From the human T2T-CHM13v2.0 reference genome, Homo sapiens: DNA of 64,000 bases. The DNA is taken from the NCBI RefSeq assembly GCF_009914755.1, contig NC_060937.1, one strand, 5' to 3'. Below the pieces are notes generated by a model. That model ran no database searches. It was not told the DNA's origin and saw only the letters and a list, made by a program, of their open reading frames with translations. Positions 1-13,449 of this stretch are shown piece after piece (position 1 is the stretch's first letter; every line of letters begins with the position of its first letter). Position numbers and translations under genes: made by a program.

Positions 1-425
1 TCCAGGCGCCACTGGGGTATTAAAAAAAACTCCTGCAGCTAGCTCAGTGTCTGCCCAAATGACCGCCCAGTTTTGTGCTTAAAACCCAGGGCAGCAGTGG
101 TGTAGGCACCTGAGGGAATCTCCTAGTCTGAGGGTTGTGAAGACTGTGGGGAAAGCATAGTGTCTCAGCCAGAATGCACCGTTCCTCACACCACAGTCCC
201 TCACAGCTTCCTTTGGCTAGAGGAGGGAGTTCCCTGACCCCTTGCACTTCCTGGGTGAGGCAACGCCCCACCCTGCTTCAGTTTGCTCTCCGTGGGCTGC
301 ACCCACTGTCTAACCAGTCCCAGTGAGATGAGCTATGTGCCTCAATTGGAAATGCAGAAATCACTTGCATTCTGCATTGTTCTCGCTGGGAGCTGCAGAC
401 TGGAGCTGTTCCTATTCGGCTGTCT
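1..425 (-). mobile_element. LINE-1 (L1PA, older primate) 5' UTR; the element continues off the left edge of the window
   Basis: gctgggagctgcagactggagctgttcctattcggc is the reverse complement of the L1 5' terminus (GCCGAATAGGAACAGCTCC..TCT.CAGCTCCCAGC). The sequence to its left resembles L1 5' UTR (gggagttccctgaccccttgcacttcctgggtgaggcaacgcc). Confidence 0.9.
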
Positions 426-2302
426 GATTAATATTCTTTTAAAAAATATTAAAAGAGATTCTACCTCTCCTGCAGGCAATGGAAACCGTCATGTGTGGAA
501 TAAGGCAGTTCAGTTCAAATATGAGGATGTGTCCTGGGGATCTGTACGGTGGACAGCACCATGACAGGCACTCCAGGGGTGAATATCTGTGTCCTCTTCT
601 GAGCATGCAGAATTATTCCTCCTGACACGTGATCTGCAATAAAGAGAAGGTGGCTTTCAAAATACTTACAGTACTGTTGGGGAGACGGGGAGATTTGTCA
701 GAGGAAAAATGATAAAACAATGCATGTGGAAAGAATTTAGGGGAGAGGAGCAAATAGCTTGAGTAAAGGTCTGTTTGTGTCACAAAGAGCTCCTGAAACT
801 GAATCTTGCATATGAATATAATATGGTTAGTTATAAAAGAGAATGAAGAACACACCAGCCCTGGGGAATACAGCATGCAAGGGATATCATATTTGGAGGA
901 AAATGAGGACTCTGGCTTGGTCATGGCACAGCCTTCTTGGTGGACAATGGCAGGAAATAGTTTGGAAAAGTCAGTTTTAAAGGGTGGTGAAGTTTTGTCA
1001 CTTTTTTGTCTCTGGCTCTATCCTGGGTGGACTAAGAGTCCTGTTCTTTGAGCAAACATGGCTAGAGCTCTGGGATTGCTTGTGACCACCATAGCTCTCT
1101 GCAATGTAGATATGCGCTCTGTCTTGATTGGAATCCTATTCCAATATCTAGTCACAGCTGGATTGCTCAGTAATACTTTTATCTATTTCTCCTGAGTTCT
1201 TGTGGGCTTTTCCATGGCAAGAAACATATTTTGCTCTCAAGTTCCTTCTCGCATTTCAGCACACACCTAGGAAGGAACTCCTTCATTAGCCCACTCCCTG
1301 AAAACAGCACCTCCTACCTCTCCTTTTGCCATGCTCTGGAGAAATACCAATTGTCTTTGCCATACCTAACTTCCATTTTGAAAACCGATCTTGGTTTTTC
1401 TAATTTTTTTCAGAAAAAAGTATCTTTTCCCCATCACCACTATTAAATCTTCCATTCTCCCTTTCAAATGATTTTTACTATAAGCTTGTCAAGGTTTTCC
1501 AAATTGTGAAACAAAACTTGCAAATAAATTCCAAAATCAAACAAAAAATGGCTGTTAGGAAAGGTCATTTTTTGTGCAACATTTCCCCCTAGTATTGTCA
1601 CATTTTACCTTTTCAATGCACAGCCAACATTTTCAAAGCAATTGGCTCTTATTGACTCCAATTAGTTTACTGTTCTGTTTTTTTTTTTCTTTGAATTTAG
1701 CTTCTGCTCTACGGAACAATTGAAATCATCCCCACAAAAGTCACAAAAGGCCTCCTTCTTGAACTGTTGGGCAGGTCCTTTCAGTTCTTCTGTGCTCTCA
1801 CCACAGCATCCGCATGATTAAGCATTCGCTTCTTGACGTACTCCTAGCTCTCTCTCACTTTTCCTCTCTCTGACTCTGACATCAATTATTTGTCTTCATC
1901 TCTGAGTCCTCTTTCCTCTCCCACTTTCCAATTAAGATGAGTTCACTACAGGTTTGCATTTGGGCCCTTTGTGTCCACACTTGCATCCTCCTCTCTTTAG
2001 CAAGGACCTCTCTAAATGACCTCAGCTCTCTATCACCTGTCTTCCCCCTCTTCTCATATAAACATGCATTCCTCTCTCCCTAGAGTCTGCATCCTGCTTA
2101 ATGCAGTGGGTCCTAAACTGTCACCTTTATTTCCCCAGACCTGCCAGTGTCTTCTTCTAACTGTTCTGTTTCTGGAAGTATGGAGTGGAAACATCTATAA
2201 ATTCATTTTATTCCAAAATTTTATTAGTCATCAACTCATAGTCTGGGAAAGTATTTAGTATTTCTTTTCCCACTGCCCATACCCTGCATCTTTCCATCTC
2301 AT

Positions 2303-3118
2303 TTTTTAAACAGCTTTATTGAGATATACTTCACATACCTAACAATTCACCCATTTAAAGTGTTACAGTGTAATGGTTTTTGGTATATCACATCATTAAT
2401 TTTCAAAATTGTGGCAAAATACATATAACATAAAATGTGCCATTTTGATCACTTTAAGTGTACAATTCAGTGGCATTAGCTACATTGATTATGTCATGCA
2501 ACCATCATATCCATGTATTTTCAGGTTTTTTACCATCCCAAACAGACACTCTGTGGCTATTAAGCAGTAACTCCCCCATTCCCCACTCTCACCAGACGCT
2601 GGTGACCTATAATCTACTTTCTATGATCTTACGTATTCTAGGTGCCCCATATAAATGGAATCATATAATGTTTGTCCTTGCTGTCTACTTTATTTCATGT
2701 AGCATAATGTTTTCAAGGTTCAGTCATATTGTAGAATGTATCAGAATGTTATTCCTTTTTTTGGCTGAGTATTCCATTGTGTGCATATACCACATTTTGT
2801 CTATTCCTTTATCTGTTGATGGACAACTTGGATTGTTTCCAACTCTTGGCGATTGTGAATAATGCTCCAATGAACATGGTGTCCAGTATCTGTTCAAGTC
2901 CCTAGATTCAGTTCCTTTGGATATATACCTAGGAGTGGAATTGCTGGGTAATATAACATTCTTCACTTAGTATTTTTGACAAGCAAAAAAGCAACATAGC
3001 ATCTGCAACATTTTACATTCCCACCAGCAATGTACAGGGTTCCAACTTCACATCCTTGCAAACATTTATTATTCTGTTTTCTCAATTATAGCCATCCTAG
3101 TGTCAAGTGGTATCTCTT
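2303..3118 (-). mobile_element. Old LINE-1 (L1MB-like) 3' end fragment
   Basis: Typical L1M 3' UTR antisense text (cagctttattgagatata...; gtgtacaattcagtggcattag; tatatacctaggagtggaattgctggg; cccaccagcaatgtacagggttcca). ORF 2724..2966(-) resembles the ORF2 C-terminus (KMWYMHTMEYSA). Confidence 0.8.
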
Positions 3119-5246
3119 TTATTATCTGATGCCTGGGCTATTATAATCTCCTAACTACTTATTTCTGCTTTAATATTTCTTTCTTAATGTATCTAGCACA
3201 ATAATGCTATATTTTCTTACCTTGAAAAACTTACTCACCAGTAACTTTCAATGGCTCTTTATTGTTCCTTGAAAAAAAGTCTGAAGTCTACTAGCTTGCA
3301 AAACTTTCTATTTTCTTGGCCTCAATCTACCTTAGTAGTTCCCTACCTTATTGTGTATTTGGAAAGAATAAATGAGAGAATATAGTCATAGCACAGTTGC
3401 CTAACACATGTCTTCATTAAATATTTACTCTTACAAAGTAGTATCACCATATTTGTTGATGAGGAAAATGAAGTTCTTAAGAGGTAAGTAGTTCAATAAG
3501 TCTAATTACTCAATCTGAGTCAGTCAGCTTTTGAGTGAGCCAGACTTGGGTCGGACTGAAGTAACCAGCCTTAATTGTTCTGCTACTCCATGAAGAATTA
3601 TGGAATAAGGATGATTCATAGCCCAGTGATACTTTGATAGCCAGATTAGGGAACAATTATATCATGGTTCACCTGTCCCTAGTCAAAGATCCAATTTTTG
3701 CATGAGTTCCAGATCTAGAACCCTGGTAGCATAATCCCCGCCTTATCCTGATAACCTGCGTGTCATACTGCCTTTCCAGAGAATTGCAAATACTATGCCT
3801 CAATCCAATGGCTATTTTAGTCACAGTAATACAAACATTCTTCTGCTTATATTTGACTCACACTCACAGAGGTCTTCTCCTCACCTGGTTGGCTCTTCCT
3901 TTACTTCCCCTTACTAGGCAGCTACAACCATGCTTTGTTGTGATGGGTCTAGCCTCAGGGTCTTTATCTGCCCCAATCTTCAACTCTTCCTTTGTGACTA
4001 TTTTTCCATTTTGCTCTGACGTTACTTTTCTCCTTGAAAGCCTCCAAACTAGCCTTCTTCTATCTTTCTAATTGCTTTATTCTAGCAGCTTTCTTCAGCA
4101 AGTAGACTAGCTATGACAGCTTACTTCCCAGTCTGAGGGCACCTGGTCATGAGGATGAGAAGAAAACTTGAAGGAAATATGCAAACAGAATAGGCAATAA
4201 TCTTTGATTTACATGATTTCTTTCCTTTTCCTTGATTATTTTGAAGTTTTGTTTCATTTAGGTGATAAGCCCAAGGGATTTGAAGCTGCTTTGCGTTTGA
4301 AGTTCGAGCAGCTCCAAGTGTGCTGTCAGCATTTAATTATTAACGCATGATAACAATAAAAACAATACCAGCAACAACAAGCAGATACTACCATCTGCTA
4401 TTGCTTCAGGGCTAAAAGGGGGACATTTTCAAGGCCAGCTGTTGTGGAGGTACTTTGCCTTTTCTTGCACCATTTGCTTTCCATTTGAGGGCACAGAAGC
4501 CTGAAAACATTTTTTAGAATTTGTTCCCCTACCAATATGCTATTAATTTCCATATTAACCATCTTATAGCTCTAATATTCTAAGCTCTATGTCATTTTTT
4601 AGAATTATACTTGAATATTTTTTAGATTTTCCCATATCCTTTTTATCCAGTGGGGATTAGAACTGCCAAAAGTGTTCCAGATGGCTTCACACCAGGCTGT
4701 GTAAAGCAGGGCTTCTGCTTCCTCATTCTCACATGTGAGTGGCCCTTGTCAGAAACGCAAGACTGGCTCTGACTCTCCGGAAGGCAGGCCTTCTCCAGCA
4801 TGTGAGAATGGAGGAGCAGAGGTCTAGACCAGTGGACTCTAAATCAGTAACATCTGCACGTCTGCTCACTCAAACTCCTTGATGCAGAGCAAAGATGGCT
4901 TTTTTTGATGCCTTCATTGAAGATCAGACCAGCTTTGCTTTTCCTCTATGTTATCCAGTGTTTAGTAGATGATCTCCTCAGATTGAAGCTATTCACTGAG
5001 GCGTTTTATAACCAAAATTGGAAGCCAATTGGTGACAAATTCTCTACCTTCAACTGCTTTAAGAATGACTAAATCAATAATACTTAAAATATCCTTCCAA
5101 CATGTCTTTTTCTAGAAAGGTGAGTGTTACAGAAAAATGTAATTTGATATGAATTATGTTCCTCATAATGTCATTAAAACTTTCAAACATAATTGTTTCT
5201 TTCCTGTACATGAACATTTTATAGTGCAAGTTATTATGATTCCTTA

Positions 5247-5630
<384 letters not shown>

Positions 5631-5655
5631 TCATCACTGAACGTGAGTTTTAGGA

Positions 5656-5860
5656 CAGAGGTGTAAAATCCTTTGGCTTCCCTGGGCCAAACTGGAAGAA
5701 AAAAAATTGTCTTGGGCCACACATAAAATACACTAACAGTAATGATAGCCAAAGGGCTAAAAAAAAAATCACAAAGAAACTCACAATGTTTTCAGAAAGT
5801 TTATGAATTTATGTTGGGCCGCATTCAAAGCCATCCTAGGGTGCAGATTGGACAAGTTTT
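5656..5860 (+). mobile_element. MER30 (hAT-Charlie non-autonomous DNA transposon)
   Basis: Matches the remembered MER30 consensus: tttggcttccctgggcca..tggaagaa..aattgtcttgggccacacataaaatacactaac...tgttgggccgcattcaaagcc...ttggacaag. Confidence 0.8.
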
Positions 5861-7208
5861 TCCTAGAAGTTGTCCATATTTACGGGACTTTATTTTGCCT
5901 GTGGTACAATTAAAATCAGTGAAATGGTAAACTGTTGTTATAGGTTTCCTCCAGAACTGCTGATAAATTTGAGTGGTTCTCAAGGCCATTCCAAGATTGC
6001 ATTATTCCCCTGAAGTTCCTGTCTATCATACCCACACTTTCCTCAACACACTCTCCAATAATCCTTCATTTTCAGACTTCAACAAAAGGTGAAAACCCTC
6101 TAAATTCTCATCCTTTCATTTTACATTTTATGCATATCTCCATTTATAGTTAACTATTTACTTTCTAATTTTCAAATTGAAGCTGCGGTGCTATTCCTTT
6201 CCGTTGGAAATCCTTCCACTATGAAATTGGTAGTGGAAGAGCTTGGTCATGGAGTCATCTAGTCTTGCATGTGGACTCTGGAGCCACTACTTGTTGCTTT
6301 CTCTTCGATTGGCTCCTTGGTCTCTTTGAGCCTTCGTTTGTCCACCTGGGATAGAAATAGAGATTAAACATGATTATTTAATAATAGACACAAAACATAG
6401 TGATTCTTCCTTCCCTATCTTCCATGGCCTTCTCTCAAATGTCTCTTGATTTTTTTGGATAAATGTCTTCTCTCTCTCCATCAGCTTCTTCATTGCTTCA
6501 TTGGTAAATAAACATATTTATATTTCCTATTTCTGAAAAACAATTAAAAATTTAAAGTGGGGTCTTCTTGTTTATGTTTCTCTTTAAGCCATTCCTCCAT
6601 TGCCCCCTTCCCACTGGCTGCCATATTTCTTGAAATCATATTTTCACGGTGCCACTCTCCACATTTGCTTATCACTGAACCACAACCCTGGTTTCTTTCA
6701 CTGCTTATCAGAGGTCTCCAATGGTCTTCTATTAGCTCTCCTACTATCAGATGTGATATCATGCTATAAGTATAACCACATTGAGAAGCCATTCCTCTAA
6801 AATTCTAACATGGTTTCCGACACTGAAGCCTCAACTTAATTCTCTCCCCATTCCTCTAGCTCCTTTGTGATTTCCATCCTCAGATTTGTTTCTTCTGATT
6901 CTCTCTTAAGTTAAAGTGTCCCCAACATTCTCTCCTGGGACAATTGTTATTTTTGCATGCACCATGAACAATTGCATTTACTGTTATGCCTTTGAATTAA
7001 TATGGACTGCTCATTCTTAATCTTTATGCCTGAATATACAAATACAGTGAATGTCTCTATTTGTTGCAGCAATGTAAGTAGATGCACATTCAGAAAAATA
7101 GATGTGTGACTATCTAGTTTCCTCTATATTTTTTAATTCTATTGATTCACTTCAAGTTTTAACTAGATTGGTATAAAGCCAATTGTTCCCTTTTTAAAAA
7201 ATCAGTTT

Positions 7209-7240
7209 ACAGAGCCAGACTCCGTCTCAAAAAAAAAAAA
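7209..7240 (+). mobile_element. Extremely 5'-truncated Alu (about 20 nt plus poly-A)
   Basis: acagagccagactccgtctc followed by an A run, flanked by aaaaaatcagttt / aaaaattcagttt (TSD-like). Confidence 0.8.
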
Positions 7241-8719
7241 TTCAGTTTGTGAACATGTCAACTTTTAGTATGTTGGCCAGAACAAGTGTCACAAATTTTG
7301 AGAGATATGATGACATTCCAGCATAAGACATTACCTGTATTGACCTTCCTAAATATAGAATCTCGGAGGGAATCAGATGTCACCTCTGAAAACCTATTTC
7401 TGTGAGAATCTTTCCAAGACATACTGGTAACACAGATTTCAGTATATTTGTTTTAAAATGCATTTTTCAAATACTGACCTACATGAATTTGGTTCACTAT
7501 ATGGTTCATTATAAGAGCCAAAGTGGTTATGAGAAATATTCAACAATAAGTGCTTAAATTTTAGTTAATTGAACAGCCATTTAAATATTATGGAACTTTA
7601 ACCACTTAAACAAAATATCTAAATGAGGGTTCAGAGCTGTCCAGTTTTAACTCAAGGTTTAATATGAAATATACAGTGCCAAACACACCAGTGATCCCTG
7701 TTGAAACATCATAGCAGTTAAAATAAAACCTAGATATGTGAAACAACTTACAAGTTTGTTACATAGCAATATTTTGATGTCATTTAAAAATCTTGGAAAT
7801 ATATTACTTCTAAGGATCAAGGCAATTGTTTTATCTACGATTTTTGATTCAATTCCTAGGAAATTGATACATGCACACATTCTGGGATTCAGATGGAGTT
7901 TTCCTTTTAAAGAACTAAGGAAAATACAGTTAAAAATACAAAAAACTTGAATTTAAGATAAAATATTGAGAGCATGTCTTGGAGCATTGTTTAACATGCC
8001 TACCCAATAATTAAGTCTCTAGGAGAATGCATCTTTGAATTACTATTAGCTACTGGTTAGACCCTAGACTCTGTGAAGTTACATGTTGTTACCTTGTAAA
8101 TTTCAAAAATAAAGATGTAAGTAATTTCCATCTAGTCAAAAGAAATATAAAGTTAAATGCTATAATCCTGTTGCCCTATAGTACACTCACCAGTTTTATA
8201 TCTAATTTGCAATATTATTCCAGATACACAGATTGTTTCTAATTATCCATTGAACCAGATTTAGCATTGTGACGATTCCTTTATTAGAGAGTTAAATATT
8301 TTTTTGACAAGTACTTACTTTATATTTACATAAGAATCATGTTTTTAACTTTTAAAAGCTATATTGTGGCAATATCATTTACAACCAATGATAGGTATTC
8401 ATATGCTATCAGCCTGTGATTTGAAATATTTTTAGATTTGTATATAATGAAATGATACTAAAAGTAGTCTGTCCAACTTCTATGTGGTTTTAGATCTGGC
8501 AGAGACATTACTGCAGTATGGAGTATGCCTTTCTCATTTTTACAGATTTAAAAGCAAACAAAACCAAACGCAGTCTCCAGGAGATTTATTTGCATGAGGT
8601 CATAAAGTAAATAATAAGCAAATCGAGAATCTTACCTCTATATCTGAGGTTGCACTTTCTCAAATAATTAGCTTTATTTATAATATTAATTTATTTAAAT
8701 ATGTTATTTTATTTTGATT

Positions 8720-8960
8720 ATATTCTCAAGACTATGTATGGCACTAAAAAACATGAAGATGAGTAAGTCTTGACTTTAAGAAATTTTGTCTAGTTTGGGT
8801 CTACATAGATTAAAATTTATAGTACATAGTGTGGTTATTATGTTTAAGGAAGTATGACAAGAATATTTTTATCAGTCTAGAGGGTCAAAGAAAACATCTG
8901 GAGAAGGTGAGGTTTGAGTTGGACCTTGAAAGAACAGGAGAAGTACAAACCAACATGAAA
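8720..8960 (+). mobile_element. L2 3' fragment (degenerate)
   Basis: gagaaggtgaggtttgagttggaccttgaaag and the preceding ggcactaaaaaacatgaagatgagtaag resemble the L2 3' region. Confidence 0.45.
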
Positions 8961-10599
8961 AATAAATGTGTTTGTGTATATCTATATCTTTATCTATATC
9001 TATATATCAACATCTCTGAAGGAATATATAATGCAAAAAATAGAAATGATCATCTGTGTCTATAACCCAAAAGCGTATTGGCAAAAGTCAAGAAGTGTGG
9101 ATATGAGATATTAAGTAGACAGAGTCATGCAGGGTCCTACCAAAGAGGCAGTCTGTAGTTACTCCATTTTACATTGATTTCTGAAAATCAAATAAAAGTT
9201 CACCTAAAGCAATTGATTTTTTAAATGGATAATAAATGTATAGACTTTCAAAACGTCTTTTCCATTTCAAAACATGTATAAATAAGATAGAGCCAAAATA
9301 TAACATATGAAAGTAAAATGATTATTAAGATAGAGCCACATTCCATGAAAATGATCTTCATGGGCTGTGTGGTATAGGGGGAGGGAACAATTGAAATGCA
9401 AAGTGATGAGTGAGAACTCAGCCATGGCCTGCCTCCTTCCAAAGCCTGAAGCAGTCAGGTAGGCTGTGACGGCTGGGCTGCTGGAGTCAGTAGTGCTCAG
9501 TGAGAGGCAGAGGAGGGAAGCCAGGCTTACTCCTTTAGGCCAGGGGTTGGGATCAATTTGCCCTCTGGGGCTATCACTTTATATGGAGCTATCGCTGTGG
9601 AGACAAATAATGATTTAGCCTTAAGCCAGGAACTGAGACAAACCATCAGCTACTTCCAAGGCTGAACTGGTAATACCTCGTGTCATTATAGATCAAGATA
9701 AACATGGTCAGAACTCCTTCTGGAGGGCCAGGTTAAAGCCAAAATAAAACAGCAGAACTGATAAATGGTAGTAGGGGTCTAGGGGAGTGGGGGCAGGAGG
9801 ATGAAGCAAAGCAACTAAATAAAAATAACTTTCTACCTAAATGAGCCTACAAATTCAAATTCCAGAATACATCAATAGATGTAATGCAAAAAACAGTCAT
9901 ACAACAAACTCAACAACTGCAATGGGAATTTATGTCAGATGAAATTAATTTTATAGAAGAGTCTGATAAAGACTTTACATTCGACACATTTAGGAATGTT
10001 AAAAATGAAGACATGAAGACATGCCAGCAAGATGAACAATAGACCAAAAATATATAGGCAAACATGAAAAACTGGTTAAGAGAAAAAGCTGATCATAAAC
10101 CTTAGAAATGGAAAATTTAAGATTTAAATAAAAATATTTTTATGTACAGGCTGAGCACCCCTAATTTGAAAATCCAAAATTCAAAGTGCTCCAAAATATG
10201 AAACTTTTTGGTGCCAACATATTATTTTGAGTGCCACAAGTAGAAAATTCCACACATGACCTGATGTGATGTGTCACAGTCAAAATGCAGGCACACAACA
10301 CAAGCTTATTCAGCATCCCTATGAGAAAAAAGACCCTCTCAGTGGGTCAGCTGCAGCATTTTAATGCATTCCCAGGTTTCCCGACACAACCACTTCACAA
10401 AGGTAATATGATGGCACATTTGTAGGCTGATAACAGCAATGGCAGGTTCCCCAGGATGCCCCACGTGGAGTCAAGACCTGCATGCATGACTTATTTTTTT
10501 TATTTTTTTTATTTTTTTGCTTATTCTCTACTCTGGAGTATAAAGATATTATTAAAAATATCAAAAGGCCTGCAGATGCCCGTATTGTCAATGGTGATA

Positions 10600-12180
10600 A
10601 TAAAAATAGAAAGTATTTATGTTTATCTATAGCACAGAAACTTAAACTGTAGGAGAAATTAGACAGTGGTATTACATGTGCAATGTCTAACAGAAAAGTA
10701 TGATGTTGGAATGACCACCATATATGACCTGAAGAAATATAAAAATAAACTGTTGAAACTCTATGATAAAAGTTATGAACAGAAATTTATGAAAAATACT
10801 CCCAGAAGCTAAAAATGAAGATATTAATTATGTATTTAAAGAGTGCATCCATCAGAGTGGCAGTGAACACATGCCAATTAATGGTATGCTAATCATGAAA
10901 CAAGTAAAGATATGTCAGTGTGAGTTGAAAATTGAAGAGAACCATGAATATTTAACAGGCTGGTTGCAGAAATTTAAGAAGAAGTTCAACATTAAATTTT
11001 TAAAGATTTGTAGTGATAAAGCATCTGCTGATCATGAAGCAGTGGAGAAATTCATTGTTGATTTTGCCAGGGTCATCACTGATAAAAATCTGAGGCCAGA
11101 AGAAGTCTATAATACTGATGGCACATGACCATTTTGACATTGTTGTACTAGAAAGACACTGGCTATAGCTGATGAGACTGCCTGTACAAAAATTAAGAAT
11201 GCCAGGATATGATAACTGTGTTGGTTTGTGCTAATGCACCAGGCAAATTACAATGACTATTTCTGCTATGATAGGCAAAAGCTTTTGTTCTTGCTACTTT
11301 CAAGGAGTGAATTTATGACCAGTTCATTATTATGCTAACAAAAAGGCATGGATCACCAGGGACATGTTTTCTGATTGTTTTTGCAAACATTTTGTACCAG
11401 TGGCTCACACTTTCTGCAGAGAAACTGGACTGGATGAAGACTGCAAGATTTTGTTATTTTTTGACAACAATTCTGCTCATCCTGAAGTGTTCATCAAAAA
11501 TCATCTTTATGCCATGAACTTTCTCTCAAATGTCAGTGTATTAATTCAGTCATTTGACCTATAATTAGTCAATGCAGACTGAATATAAGAACACTTTCTT
11601 GAAGAGCATGCTGTCAGCAGTGAACAGAGGCATGGTTGTTCAAAGTTTACGAAAGGAGCTTAGCATGATATGTGCTGTTGCCAATGTCTGGAATATAGTG
11701 ACTAAAGATACAGCTGTGCACATCTGGCACAACCTCTGGCCTGTGACTATGTTTAGTGGTGATAATGAATAAAGCAGTGATCTTCAAGGAATTCATATGT
11801 CAAATGAGAAAAACATGATGCCCAACCTTACATATGCAAAAAATATACTTTCAGAGTTCGTGAGTAAGCTGGAATAAGTGGATATCAAAGCAGTTTTTAA
11901 CATCAATAATGAGGCTCCAGTTGTTCACTCATGAATTAATGGTGAAATAGCTGAAATGATTCTGAATCCAAGGTGATCATGATAATAGTGATGATGAAGA
12001 AGACATGGTTAACGCCGCAGAAAAATCCCTATAAGCCATGTGATGAAAAAGTGTGATGGGCTTATTGGAAGACTAGAGCAGCATTTATTCATAACAGAAT
12101 AAGAAATCATGTCAGTTTAAAAACCAAAGGGAGTTGAATGCAAAAAACCATTGTTAATAAGACAGATGACTCTGGAGAAA
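10600..12180 (+). pseudogene. Decayed pogo/CENP-B-family (JRK/TIGD-like) transposase of the Tigger element
   Basis: ORF fragments GWLQKFKKKFNIKFLKICSDKASADHEAVEKF...EEVYNTDGT (HTH to DDE 'YNxDET' motif), KILLFFDNNSAHP and VANVWNIVTKDT..HIWHNLWP. Many stops and frameshifts. Confidence 0.8.
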
Positions 12181-12204
12181 ACATTTGTAAAAAGTCATCC
12201 AGCA

Positions 12205-12785
12205 TGATTTATAGTCCTTTGGGTGTATACCCAGTAATGGGATGGCTGGGTCAAATGGTATTTCTAGTTCTAGATCCCTGAGGAATCGCCACACTGACTT
12301 CCACAATGGTTGAACTAGTTTACAGTCCCACCAACAGTGTAAAGGTGTTCCTATTTCTCCACATCCTCTCCAGCACCTGTTGTTTCCTGACTTTTTAATG
12401 ATTGCCATTCTAACTGGTGTGAGATGGTATCTCATTGTGGTTTTGATTTTCATTTCTCTGATGGCCAGTGATGATGAGCATGGATGAAATTGGAAATCAT
12501 TCTCAGTAAACTATCGCAAGAACAAAAAACCAAATGCATATTCTCACTCATAGGTGGGAGTTGAACAATGAGATCACATGGACACAGGAAGGGGAACATC
12601 ACACTCTGGGGACTGTGGTGGGGTCGGGGGAGGGGGGAGGGATAGCATTGGGAGATATACCTAATGCTAGATGACGAGTTAGTGGGTGCAGCGCACCAGC
12701 ATGGCACATGTATACATATGTAACTAACCTGCACAATGTGCACATGTACCCTAAAACTTAAAGTATAATAATAAAAGAAAAAAAA
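12205..12785 (+). mobile_element. L1PA2-like 5'-truncated, 5'-inverted L1 insertion
   Basis: 12205-~12480 is antisense ORF2 3' sequence; ~12481-12785 is sense 3' UTR plus A tail. TSD aaaaagtcatccagca. 3' UTR diagnostics gatgacGAGttagtgggtgcagcgcaccagc and cttaAagtataata (not L1HS-Ta ACA/G). Confidence 0.92.
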
Positions 12786-13449
12786 AGTCATCCAGCAGAA
12801 TGTCTCTTCATCCCTAGAAGATCCACTTCCTAGTCTCTAAACTGCTTCTGATGTTTCTTTTCACTTAAAAAAAATAAAATATAGTGTATAGTAATCTTTT
12901 TGTCAAAACACAGCATGGCAGGTGGAGACTAAAAGTCTGCTGTTGTGTGTTGTTGCTGCCGTTAAACAGCTGATACAGGCATTCTGATGATGCCACTGTG
13001 CTGTTGAGTTATTCTGAACACATTATATTTTCACTCAGTTAATAGTATGTTGTATTTTTTACTGTTGAGTACTTACATGTGAATAAATGTAAGAAAATGA
13101 CTGCTTATCAGTAGTATATACATTCAGAGTCAGGAATGATGGTGATGCCAAACAACCACAGATTGTCCACATGGTTGGGTATGATAGTGGCATCTTTGCT
13201 TTCTGATGGTTCAGTATGTACCAACTTTATTTCATAAACCAAATTATTAAAAATGTCAGACAACATTTCCTTCAGCCTATATGGAAAAGATGTATACAGC
13301 ACATAAATAATTGTATGTTTAGACTTGAGTCCTATCCTCAAGATATCTCACTATGTATATGCAAATATTCCAAGATCCAAACAAATGTAAAATCTGAGAC
13401 ATTTCTGGTCCCAAGCTTTTTGGATAGGGATACTCAATCTATACTTAGG

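Larger units (their letters stand above)
10147..13441 (+). mobile_element. Tigger4/Zombi-type pogo (TcMar-Tigger) DNA transposon, near full length, interrupted by an L1
   Basis: TA-flanked terminal inverted repeats: ta|caggctgagcacccc ... gggatactcaatcta|ta. Internal decayed transposase. About 2.7 kb once the L1 insert is removed. Confidence 0.85.

Noticed and set aside
4262-4320. Possible exon after tttcatttag (GDKPKGFEAALRLKFEQLQ)
   Set aside because: The acceptor is plausible but the donor is weak, I recognise no homology, and there are no partner exons.
7335-7430. Possible minus-strand exon (MSWKDSHRNRFSEVTSDSLRDSIFRKVNT) ending at cag|gtaatg
   Set aside because: Short, with no recognisable protein family or promoter context; such donor-like sites occur by chance.
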